Notes: a model not told the origin generated them from the sequence alone. A stretch of 64,000 nucleotides of DNA from Candidatus Poribacteria bacterium (GCA_965205075.1 OZ242036.1:5822599-5886598), one strand, 5' to 3'; counted from the first letter of the stretch, positions 37,929 through 46,347 are shown. Numbers and translations: made by a program.

Positions 37929-39044
37929 TCACAGTTTCCCCTCACGGATTGTTAAGTCTGCTTGCAACTTCCGGTTGGCAATAACCATCGTGCCGTGTGT
38001 GTCGAAAAGTTCAAATTCACCTTCGATGATATCAAAAACAGCCACATCGGCGACCGTCCCTATCTTGAGATGACCGAGTTCATCCTCACGCCCAATTGCC
38101 TTTGCCGCAGCAACCGTCGATTTCTCAATAACCTCCTCAAGCGAAAGCCCAAGATTTAAGAATTTTGATAGCGTTGTCGGTAAATCGTAGACAGGACCGT
38201 TGATATTGCCGGAGTGCAGGTCTGTACTAATGACATCGGAGATGAATCCCTGCTCCATCGCACGTTGAGCGACTTCGTAATTAAAACTCCCGCCGCCATG
38301 TCCGACATCGAAGATAACCCCATCTTCGCGGGCTGCCCACGCATCCGGGATAACCCGTCCTTTATCATCAACAATACAATCGCCATTTCCTTGAAAGCAG
38401 TGCGTAACGACATCGCCCGGACGCATCAGTTTCAGAACATCGGGAAGCGGTACGCCAGTCCCGATATGCACCATGACGGATGTGTCGGCAGCTTCAGCAG
38501 CTTGAATCGCGAGTTTTAACGGCTCTACACCATTATCACCGACTTGGGATTTACCCTGACGTACTTTAACACCGACGGTAATGTCACGATTCTGCATGAG
38601 CGTGTCAGCGACCTGCTCTGGATGGGCGTACTCTAGTTCGTGCATTTCACCTACAGGTCCATAAACGAGACCGATACCAGAGATATGGATATAGGTTAAG
38701 ATATGTGTTTGCGCCGGCTGTGCAATATACTCCCGGAAGCCGGGAAATGTCGCCCAACTTGGGCTGCCAGCATCAACAATTGTCGTGACGCCAGTCGTTG
38801 TGCAGACCGGATCCGCTTTAACTCCCCATGTCGTAACACCCGCGTAGACATGGGCATGGATGTCCACTAAGCCGGGAGTTACATACTTCCCGTCAACGAA
38901 AACCGTTTGCGTCGCCTCCCTTGCAGAAATATCCTCCTCGATTGCTGCAATCTTTCCATCAATAACTGCAACGTCGCGCTGGTCATGCAATCTCTGCGTA
39001 GGGTCAATAACGGTTCCACCTTTGAGCAATATGTCGTATTTCAT
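37929..39044 (-). CDS. Amidohydrolase/deacetylase-family metallohydrolase
   Basis: LLKGGTVIDP...GLVDIHAHVY (HxH metal motif) and later His/Asp ligands (VMVHIG, HCF, STDLH). Confidence 0.8.
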   Translation of the reverse strand: MKYDILLKGGTVIDPTQRLHDQRDVAVIDGKIAAIEEDISAREATQTVFVDGKYVTPGLVDIHAHVYAGVTTWGVKADPVCTTTGVTTIVDAGSPSWATFPGFREYIAQPAQTHILTYIHISGIGLVYGPVGEMHELEYAHPEQVADTLMQNRDITVGVKVRQGKSQVGDNGVEPLKLAIQAAEAADTSVMVHIGTGVPLPDVLKLMRPGDVVTHCFQGNGDCIVDDKGRVIPDAWAAREDGVIFDVGHGGGSFNYEVAQRAMEQGFISDVISTDLHSGNINGPVYDLPTTLSKFLNLGLSLEEVIEKSTVAAAKAIGREDELGHLKIGTVADVAVFDIIEGEFELFDTHGTMVIANRKLQADLTIREGKL

Positions 39045-39059
39045 TCAGGTTGTTCCTCA

Positions 39060-39533
39060 TTATTCTTTTTGTACTTCCGCCTCATCGCTAAACTTCTGAA
39101 ATCGGCGGTACACTTTTTCATTGAAAGCCCAAAAAGAAAATGCAGCTTCTTGACCGTGGAGTGAATCAGCGGTCAAAAATTGAAATTCCTTTACAAAAGC
39201 CATCGTCATATCCGATGATTTTTTCACGATGTGATGCCAAGAATAATCAAGGGGAAATTCCTCTATTGCAAAATCATATACTGCCTCCGATGGCACGATT
39301 GGCACACTGTTTTTGAGTGCATAAACATATACGTTCGTAACGGCAAATTGAGTTTGTTCGATCGCCTTAATGACCTCTACTGCATCTTTCAGCCGCCAAA
39401 TTGGTTCATCTATAAAGCTAGCTTTGATCGCTTTTTTGATGAAAGGACCTTGCAATTTTTGCAAATAGAGCATATTCAGATTATTCAGATCAAACTTACT
39501 CATGATCGCTTCCCCATTCTCCGCGACTGACAC
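39060..39533 (-). CDS. Hypothetical protein (no recognisable family; visibly AT-richer than neighbours)
   Basis: 157-aa ORF on the same strand as queE and downstream of it. No motifs recognised. Confidence 0.5.
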   Translation of the reverse strand: MSVAENGEAIMSKFDLNNLNMLYLQKLQGPFIKKAIKASFIDEPIWRLKDAVEVIKAIEQTQFAVTNVYVYALKNSVPIVPSEAVYDFAIEEFPLDYSWHHIVKKSSDMTMAFVKEFQFLTADSLHGQEAAFSFWAFNEKVYRRFQKFSDEAEVQKE

Positions 39534-39627
39534 TACAGATGCCCACCAGGCAAGTCAGTCGGCGTCATATTCCGATTTCTAAAACTATCCTCGGGTATAT
39601 TTGACCTCAACGGGATTATCTACAGTG

Positions 39628-41304
39628 TTATACCCCCCGTTTATCTCCCCAAATATCAACGTGAACCCGCGGTGAATAGCGATAACCGTGTTCCTTGCAG
39701 ATGTCCACAAGCCACTCCTGTTTGGGTGCCAATTCTTCGGGGGTTATGCCTTGGGGCATCAGCACAATTGTTTCTGCGGGGATCGGGATTTCTGCCTGTA
39801 GTGCTTGAATCTCTTCGATATCCGCAGGCTGATCAACGACAAACTTAACTTGGCACTCGTACCGATCAAGGAATAGCCGGATAACATCGGGGCGGATACG
39901 TCCTCGCTCATGTCTACCAAAGTAGCGGTTGTCACTGGGCGGATTGGAGTTTCGCAGTTTGGGGCTCATGGAGATGAGGTGCGCCTCCACAGGCGCAAAA
40001 AGGGTCGCATTCGTTTCGATGGTGATGTGATGACCGCGTTGATCCAGTTCTCGGCAGAGCTCGGTCAACTCCTTAACTTGGATGAACGGTTCACCACCTG
40101 TGATGACGACATGCTTGCACTCGAATTTCGTAATCGCTTCAACCGCTTCCGTGAAAGTGATGTCTTTATTTTCTGGATTCCAAGATGTAAAAGGGGTGTC
40201 GCAGTTGTGAGAGAGTAACCCTTCACTGACATAAGAGCCGGACGTGGTCTTAAGGGAAATCACTTCTTCGGCGGCAGTGTGTTCAATGCTGGTAATATGT
40301 TGGCGTGCTTGGCTAGAAATGCCCCAGAAATTCCATTTGTTGAGAGATTGTGGTTGACATAATGAATAAAACCTTAGAATCTCAGGGGTCGTTCCACCCA
40401 ATCTAACGCCACGGGATTCATTCGTTGGGCGAAACCCGAGTTTGGCTGCAAAGTCAATCGCCTTTTGTTTGAATTCCCCCTCCTTCTGAGCAAAGCGAAT
40501 TGTACCGGTATAACTCCCTTCCGCATCAAAAAAGCCTGCCAACCAGCCACGATAGTAACTTTGATCTTGTGGATGTCCTTTCAACCACCGCTCAAAGGAT
40601 TCCGCTTTTTGCGATGTTGTAAGCCATAACGCTTCCATGACACTGTAGCCTTTGAAACCGCAGTGTTGGTGTGGGGCAAAATGTAGCCGGTAACCCGCAC
40701 GTTTGGCAAACTGTTGAAATTGTTCCAATAATGATAGGTTCGATAAAACGAGTCGAAATCGGCGATAATTTTTATCTCCTTTTCGCAAACTCCAAAAACA
40801 GCCATCACCCTCCGCCATTCCACACAGCCAACCCCTTTCATACGCCTCCACGTCCAATGGTGTCTCTTCGGGCGGGAGTATACAACGAACCGCACCACCC
40901 ACACAGAGTTTTTTCGCTTTTCTCCAGCCAACGTGAATCTTAGAGCTATCTTGAGTTCGAGTTGTTACTTGATATAATAGGTGATCTGGCGAGCAGGCAA
41001 ACTGTATTCCATCTTCCGTTAAGAAACGGACCATAGAGCTTCGGCGGGCTGTGGCTTCAACGACCTGAGTTGGCTGTAGTTGTAAGTGCCCACCTTTATC
41101 TTGGCGCAATGCACCAACGACCCAATCGCCAGGGTTGAGATTCTCAATGGGCGTCCATCTAAGATCCGCACTTAAAACGCGTGTTCCTATCGCAGAGCAC
41201 CACGTGCACCTTAGATTACAGTAACTAGTCCGAAAGAAAACAGAGGGGACGCCAACTAGTTTGCCTTCGCCCTGAATTGTGTGAAAAAATTCGCTGTATT
41301 TCAT
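39628..41304 (-). CDS. queE: 7-carboxy-7-deazaguanine synthase QueE (radical SAM) precursor containing an intein
   Basis: Start set at MKYSEFFHTIQGEG (ATG 41304, 2 nt after the upstream stop). N-extein ends ...FFRTSYCNLRCTW and C-extein starts CDTPFTSW...VHVDIWGDKRGV. The joined exteins (35+191 aa) match Bacillus-type QueE end to end. Confidence 0.85.
   Translation of the reverse strand: MKYSEFFHTIQGEGKLVGVPSVFFRTSYCNLRCTWCSAIGTRVLSADLRWTPIENLNPGDWVVGALRQDKGGHLQLQPTQVVEATARRSSMVRFLTEDGIQFACSPDHLLYQVTTRTQDSSKIHVGWRKAKKLCVGGAVRCILPPEETPLDVEAYERGWLCGMAEGDGCFWSLRKGDKNYRRFRLVLSNLSLLEQFQQFAKRAGYRLHFAPHQHCGFKGYSVMEALWLTTSQKAESFERWLKGHPQDQSYYRGWLAGFFDAEGSYTGTIRFAQKEGEFKQKAIDFAAKLGFRPTNESRGVRLGGTTPEILRFYSLCQPQSLNKWNFWGISSQARQHITSIEHTAAEEVISLKTTSGSYVSEGLLSHNCDTPFTSWNPENKDITFTEAVEAITKFECKHVVITGGEPFIQVKELTELCRELDQRGHHITIETNATLFAPVEAHLISMSPKLRNSNPPSDNRYFGRHERGRIRPDVIRLFLDRYECQVKFVVDQPADIEEIQALQAEIPIPAETIVLMPQGITPEELAPKQEWLVDICKEHGYRYSPRVHVDIWGDKRGV
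40204..41199 (-). mobile_element. Intein (332 aa) with LAGLIDADG homing-endonuclease domain
   Basis: It begins CSAIGTRVL (Cys1) and has block-B SPDH. The two dodecapeptide motifs are WLCGMAEGDGCF and WLAGFFDAEGSY. It ends LLSHN and is followed by the +1 Cys (codon 40201-40203). Confidence 0.85.
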
Positions 41305-41306
41305 AA

Positions 41307-41915
41307 TTAGAAAGACAAAGCCAATGTGAGTTGTTTGGGCGGGGTGGGGTGTCCGACCTGATACCCCTTCTGAAGTTTCTCGTGGTGAAGTCGGTTCCAC
41401 TCCTTCTCAGCTGCCTCAACGTGGGAGTCAAACACCTTCTCTGTTTGCTGAAGGCCGCTGTCACGACGACCATAGCGGCTGATGACAGAGTAATCATTAT
41501 CCGTCAACGATTGAGCAAGGTAAAGATGATAGACCTTGTCCGATGTTCCCTCCTGATAGTAGAGGTGTGCAACCCGCCTTGAAAGTAATTTGTCATCGAA
41601 GGGAAGGAAAATTGCCTCCTTTGCAGGGAAATAGAGGGAGGCATTCCAGTCTCTATTCATACGGGACTGGTAATTTGTATAAGCGAAGGTGCACAACTGC
41701 TTTTCGTCTGCCGAATGAAATTGGACCCGCTGCTCAGGGATTGAACAAAGTTCAGCCAAAACGACTGGCAGCTTTTCTCGAAGAACTTCCGATGTCTCTT
41801 GGATTGAGGAGTGTGCCACCTCCAACCCTGCTGCTTGTGCGTCTTCCAAGAGTCGCGCCTTCCAATCCAAGAAACTCGCTTGGGAAACGCCGGCGGTGTA
41901 AAACTCCAATCTCAT
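41307..41915 (-). CDS. WGR-domain protein (C-terminal WGR-like domain, unknown N-terminal domain)
   Basis: The C-terminus SDKVYHLYLAQ...YSVISRYGRRDSGLQQTEKVF...AAEKEWNRLHHEKLQKGY follows the WGR pattern (KFY.L....W.V...WGRIG......F....A......K..KGY). RBS GGAGAG. Confidence 0.6.
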   Translation of the reverse strand: MRLEFYTAGVSQASFLDWKARLLEDAQAAGLEVAHSSIQETSEVLREKLPVVLAELCSIPEQRVQFHSADEKQLCTFAYTNYQSRMNRDWNASLYFPAKEAIFLPFDDKLLSRRVAHLYYQEGTSDKVYHLYLAQSLTDNDYSVISRYGRRDSGLQQTEKVFDSHVEAAEKEWNRLHHEKLQKGYQVGHPTPPKQLTLALSF

Positions 41916-42090
41916 CTGTTACTCTCCTTTTTTTAAGAAAGTTGGTCGTTTTCCGGCAGATTTCTCAAAGCGATTTATTCATTGGTATATCTCAGGTGGG
42001 AAATAAAGGAAGGCAAACTTTTTAATCCTTCATGTGAAGAAGTTTACCTTCCGCGTGATACTACCCCTGTGGGGTATCAGTCCGCAAAAG

Positions 42091-42468
42091 CTAGACTGTC
42101 CCCTCAATGAGTTCAATCTGTACGTTATCCGGCCCCTTGACGAAAGCGATCGGTAAGCCGGATGGTTTAGCGTCTTCAATCTCAGCCCCTTTTGCTTCCA
42201 TCTCTGCAAGGGTGGCATCGAGGTCTTCTACCCCAAACGCCAATTGATAAACGCCCCAGCGAGGATTGCCGCTGGTCGGTTCCACTTCCATATCACCAAA
42301 TTTCGGTGAAAGGAAGATTTTCTCTCCACCAATATTCATCCGAACGATTGGTAAACCGCGCACCTCTACCCGCTCCGTAACTTCGCCGTCAAGCATCTTT
42401 TCGTAGTAAGCAACGGCTGCCTCAACATCTTCACAACGCAGATGAACGTGATGAAATGTGTATCCCAT
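42091..42468 (-). CDS. VOC-family (glyoxalase/bleomycin-resistance/dioxygenase) protein
   Basis: 125-aa ORF. FHHVHLRCEDVEAAVAYYEKML is the typical VOC N-terminus. Confidence 0.8.
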   Translation of the reverse strand: MGYTFHHVHLRCEDVEAAVAYYEKMLDGEVTERVEVRGLPIVRMNIGGEKIFLSPKFGDMEVEPTSGNPRWGVYQLAFGVEDLDATLAEMEAKGAEIEDAKPSGLPIAFVKGPDNVQIELIEGTV

Positions 42469-42631
42469 TTTTTTACCCTCCTAAAGAATGAAATGTTGTC
42501 TTGGTCGAAGCCTATATCTCGACCTGATACGGAGATTATTATAGACTAAAAGCAGAACGGATGTAAATATAATTCTCTGTTGATGCCCAGAAATTCTCTC
42601 AAGTTGCTTGTGTATCTCAATGAAATTTGGG

Positions 42632-43618
42632 TTAAAACAAAAAGTGCGCGTGTTGCAGATACCCTTGAATCCAAGGACCTGTTCGATCGCTCATTCCGGC
42701 AAAATAGTACAGGTCCAACCAGAGCGTCATCCCGCGTAGGAAGGCAAGTTTTAAGTGGATAGGGAGCATCTCCCTTTCGGCGTCAGATAGAGGACAGATA
42801 CTCTCGTAGGCGCGCAGAAAGATAGACTGCTGATTGGTAGTTAAAGGAATATCTTGATAAACGGCGGGGAAAAAGACCAACGCGTAACCTAGGTCATATA
42901 GACGGGAGGCAGGACAAGCGGTATCCAGATCCAAGATTGCACGAATACCCATATTATCAAACTTGAGGTTTTGGGCGCGATAGTCGCCGTGTATGAGCCA
43001 CTCCTGTTCGTATCGCGTATCGTGTATTGCACCGACAGAACTCCTGAGAACCTTAACCTCATCAATCCATGAATCAATTTGAGTCGGTGCCGATGGATCT
43101 TTCTCCACAACAGGTTGGAGGTGGGATAAGCGCTCCTGCAATTGTATAAAGATCTCCGTTTCTAGAGGAGGTCCGGCAGGTTGTATTTCGGGTTGAAATT
43201 GAAGGAGTTGCTGGTGTAAACGGCCGAGCATTTCCCCCGATGCGCGTAGATGTTCCAAATTCGCAATGTCATAGTCGGACCCCTCAATGAATTCAGAGAG
43301 GGCATACACCTCCCCTGTTTCCAGAGGATTGTCGCACACGCTGAACGTTTCTCCACTACTGTTCGGCAGCAACTGAGGAACAGGAAAATCTTTCTGATGC
43401 AGAAAGGTTTGGACAACGTGTGTAAAGGCGATGCGTTGAAGATCGGGCTGCTGATTTCGCGCCGACTTATAGATTTTCAGGAATAGTGTGCCCTGATTGG
43501 TCGCAAGTCGCATCGTTGTGCTCATCGCACCGGTGCCGATTGGTGTTGCGGACTCAATGGTGAGGTGGTAGTTCTGACGGACGGATACCCGAATAGCATT
43601 GGCAAGGTTAGAAAGCAT
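42632..43618 (-). CDS. Phosphotransferase (APH/choline-kinase/homoserine-kinase-II-like) family protein
   Basis: Catalytic loop LIHGDYRAQNLKF and ILDLDTA (DxD) motif. Confidence 0.75.
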   Translation of the reverse strand: MLSNLANAIRVSVRQNYHLTIESATPIGTGAMSTTMRLATNQGTLFLKIYKSARNQQPDLQRIAFTHVVQTFLHQKDFPVPQLLPNSSGETFSVCDNPLETGEVYALSEFIEGSDYDIANLEHLRASGEMLGRLHQQLLQFQPEIQPAGPPLETEIFIQLQERLSHLQPVVEKDPSAPTQIDSWIDEVKVLRSSVGAIHDTRYEQEWLIHGDYRAQNLKFDNMGIRAILDLDTACPASRLYDLGYALVFFPAVYQDIPLTTNQQSIFLRAYESICPLSDAEREMLPIHLKLAFLRGMTLWLDLYYFAGMSDRTGPWIQGYLQHAHFLF

Positions 43619-43683
43619 AACAGGAAATACTCCCCAGCATGGACTCGGTTTTGACGTAAGGCATTAAAGAGACATGCTCTATT

Positions 43684-44031
43684 ATAACCTAAGTTGCTAG
43701 TTATAGAAAACGTTGCAAACCGAGCGAATGAAAACTATAGTAAAGTTTAGAATTAATTGGACGCTCTGTACCGGGGATGGGAAAATCCGGGCTATCACCC
43801 CGGTGCGGTTTCTAACCGCACCGCATAGGCGCAGTTGAAAACAGCGCCTACCAAACATGGGGCGCGAAAGTGTCTATTTTTTTAGAATCCACTATAAATT
43901 GAATCAATTACTGCTCGCAGTGGATTGATAAATCCACTGCATATGTACAAAGATGACTCCGTTTCGAGAGTCTAAGACTTGGATATGTCTGTCCAAGCCG
44001 AGCGGATTTGACAACTAGCAACTTGCGTTAT
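43684..44031. repeat. Inverted-repeat-bounded, hairpin-rich non-coding module (MITE-like element or structured RNA)
   Basis: ATAACCTAAGTTGCTAGTT (43684-43702) faces AACTAGCAACTTGCGTTAT (44013-44031), 17/19 complementary. Internal perfect stems: 43802-43822 (9 bp), 43826-43850 (7 bp), 43917-43940 (10 bp), 43955-43972 (5 bp) and 43978-43997 (6 bp). Confidence 0.5.
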
Positions 44032-44283
44032 TATAACTTACGCTCCATTGTGTTTCAATTGGTGTTCGATATGCAGAGAGTAATTGATGTGCAAACCCAC
44101 AATCCCGTTTCAGGTGCAATTTGGCAAGTTGTTCTTTTTGGTGCAACAATTTTCTGAACTATGTCCTAAAATGCACATTTAATTTTTCTATATCCTCCTT
44201 CGACGTTTATGATTGGTTGCTTTGTCTCAATACAGGCTTGGCATGAAACTTGCCGTTATCGTGTTAAAAGGAGGTAGTTTGTA

Positions 44284-45030
44284 ATGAGAAAATATCTGTT
44301 GGTAGCTGCGTGCTCAGGGATTTTTGCTTTACTCTGGGCCCCTGCTTCTTTAGCGCTTTTTTTTGATTTTGAAGGTGAAGAGCAGTTAGACCAGTGGGAA
44401 GTCTTAATCCCTCCCAACGATCCAGGAAACGATCCAGACGCTTCATGGCAAATCGTCAATGGTGCACTGAAGTTAAAATCTGGAGGAGCGTGGGATTTTC
44501 TTGCACTCAAAAACTTTGAGTTCACCGATGGAACGATACGCTATAAACTTAAGTGGATCGAAGGTGGGATTTGTGAAATAGGTGTGTTTTATCGTCTGGA
44601 AGAATCCCCCAATTTACCGCACTATCACGTCCATGTTTCCGCTATCAACGTTCCACCCACAGGGGTACGATGGGGGTATATCGAAAAAGTTATAAATGGG
44701 GCAAAAGCAACCGGCGGGCGGTGGGTGCCCACAATCAATAGGCAGATACCCGGATGGGGACACGCACCGGTCGATAAGTGGTTTGAGTTCAAAATCGAGG
44801 TCAGAGGGGATGAGCATGTCGTCCACGCTGGACGTGAGGGGCGGCTTAAGAAAGCCATCGAATTGAGGCACGACGCGAAGCGCAGTGGAAGGGTTGGGCT
44901 TGTCAACTATTCTGCGGAAGACACCGTACTTATTGATGATTTTGAAGTGATTCCAGACTCTATCATTGTCAGTGTAGAGAGACGCGGCAGGCTCACAGCG
45001 GTGTGGGGAAAGATTAAGGGTGACAAATAA
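44284..45030 (+). CDS. Secreted ConA/LamG-fold (DUF1080-like) protein carrying the same C-terminal tail as the LamG array
   Basis: AAAGGAGG RBS and a signal peptide. WQIVNGALKLKSGG...FEFTDGTIRYKLKW resembles DUF1080. The tail is VSVERRGRLTAVWGKIKGDK. Confidence 0.6.
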   Translation: MRKYLLVAACSGIFALLWAPASLALFFDFEGEEQLDQWEVLIPPNDPGNDPDASWQIVNGALKLKSGGAWDFLALKNFEFTDGTIRYKLKWIEGGICEIGVFYRLEESPNLPHYHVHVSAINVPPTGVRWGYIEKVINGAKATGGRWVPTINRQIPGWGHAPVDKWFEFKIEVRGDEHVVHAGREGRLKKAIELRHDAKRSGRVGLVNYSAEDTVLIDDFEVIPDSIIVSVERRGRLTAVWGKIKGDK

Positions 45031-45125
45031 AGTTTGGTTGATAACAATTGACAAACATCTTTTGAAAAATGTTGTTGACTCTGTATTCCCTGAAATCTCT
45101 GATCTGCTTGATAAATTGAAATTCG

Positions 45126-46211
45126 CTATGACGCTTGCGGCAGCATCGCGCCCTGCTTTTCGTAAATTGTTCGGAGTTGACCACAGGCGGCGGCGATGTC
45201 TCTGCCCTTACTGAACCGAATCGGTGTGACATGGCGACCATCTGCGACAATGCGGCGGAATCGTTCGATCTGATCCAGTTCAGGACGTTGAAAATCGGAC
45301 CCTTCGATCTCGTTGAAGGGAATAAGGTTTAGCTTGCACGGCAGCCGCCCCATCAATTTGCGGAGGCGTCTGGCATCTGCGATGCTGTCGTTCACGCCGC
45401 AGATCAGGACGTATTCGAGTGTGGCGGCTCGTTGTGTTGTGAGTGCCCATTCGCGTGTGGCATTGAGGACTTCATCGATTGGGTATTTGGCGTTGATCGG
45501 CATCAGGGATGTTCGAGTTTCGTCCGTTGTGGCGTTTAACGAAAGGGCAAGATTGCACTTGAGCTGCTCACGAGTGAATTGTCGTATACGGCGGGCTAAA
45601 CCGGAGGTGGAAACGGTGATCTTCCCTTCAGGTATCCCTAACCCGTTTGCATCTGTCATCAAGTGGATTGCCTTCACGGTCTGATCATAGTTTGCCAGCG
45701 GCTCCCCCATCCCCATAAACACAACATGGGTCACGCCTTTTTCGGTGTCCAGTTCACGCTCAATTGTTATCAATTGATCCAAAATCTCTGCCGCTGTTAA
45801 ATTGCGGAAAAATCCCATCTTCGCAGTCGCACAAAAGTCGCACGCCATCGCACATCCCACCTGTGACGAGAGGCAGACCGTGATGCGATCTTGATCATAC
45901 ATCAGGACGCTTTCGACCCGGCTGTCATCAGGAAGTTCAAACAAGTATTTGACTGCCATGTCGGAATTGGAAGTTGTGCGCGTGAGGACACGTGCCCCGC
46001 TGATGTAAGCGAGACCTGCCAACGTCTGTCTTAGCTTGTGCGGCAAATTGGTCATTTCCTCGAATGTCTCCACCCGTCTGCCATACATCCATGACATCAG
46101 TTGCTTAGCACGATATTTCGGTTCGCCCCACCCTGTCACCAGTTCTTCTAGCTCAAGCAGCGCCAACCCCTTCAAGTTGATTTTGTCGGTCTGTGGGTGT
46201 TGTGTTTTCAT
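45126..46211 (-). CDS. rlmN: 23S rRNA/tRNA (adenine-C2)-methyltransferase RlmN (radical SAM)
   Basis: Start moved to MKTQHPQ. GCAMACDFCAT cluster motif, MGMGEPL and the C-terminal GRDIAAACGQL are all typical of RlmN. Confidence 0.9.
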   Translation of the reverse strand: MKTQHPQTDKINLKGLALLELEELVTGWGEPKYRAKQLMSWMYGRRVETFEEMTNLPHKLRQTLAGLAYISGARVLTRTTSNSDMAVKYLFELPDDSRVESVLMYDQDRITVCLSSQVGCAMACDFCATAKMGFFRNLTAAEILDQLITIERELDTEKGVTHVVFMGMGEPLANYDQTVKAIHLMTDANGLGIPEGKITVSTSGLARRIRQFTREQLKCNLALSLNATTDETRTSLMPINAKYPIDEVLNATREWALTTQRAATLEYVLICGVNDSIADARRLRKLMGRLPCKLNLIPFNEIEGSDFQRPELDQIERFRRIVADGRHVTPIRFSKGRDIAAACGQLRTIYEKQGAMLPQAS

Positions 46212-46347
46212 AGTATTAATAACTTGTGGCTGGTAACCCGATTGCGTGTTCCGAATGGGTTGCACAAGCCACAGCACCTTGATGGAAGGCGTCTTGGATT
46301 GTCATAACTGCTTTGAACCGGGGCTTCTGCGACAAATCATTTGTTGA

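Noticed and set aside
40581-40943. ORFs 40581-40931 (-) and 40671-40943 (+) inside the queE insert.
   Set aside because: They are out of frame or antisense within the intein endonuclease domain. The intein reading frame is continuous with both exteins and explains the region.
41305-41400. The 32-codon N-terminal extension of the queE ORF (MEPTSPRETSEG...).
   Set aside because: It overlaps the 3' end of the upstream WGR gene and has no QueE counterpart. The internal ATG at 41304 gives the canonical MKYSEFFHTIQGEG start.
43808-43842. CRISPR-repeat-like 35-mer GTTTCTAACCGCACCGCATAGGCGCAGTTGAAAAC (GTTTC... ...GTTGAAAAC ends).
   Set aside because: There is only a single copy, with no spacer-repeat periodicity and no cas genes in the window. 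It is better explained as two adjacent hairpins of the inverted-repeat-bounded module.
43684-44031. Calling this segment the RNase P RNA gene (rnpB), on the basis of the CR-I-like 14-mer and a complementary P4-like 7-mer.
   Set aside because: I could not find the other universal blocks (CR-II/III T-loop motifs, or CR-V ACAGAAnnCGGCUUA). The putative P4 lacks the conserved bulged U. Long AU-rich tracts are also atypical. It is kept only as something to test with a covariance model.
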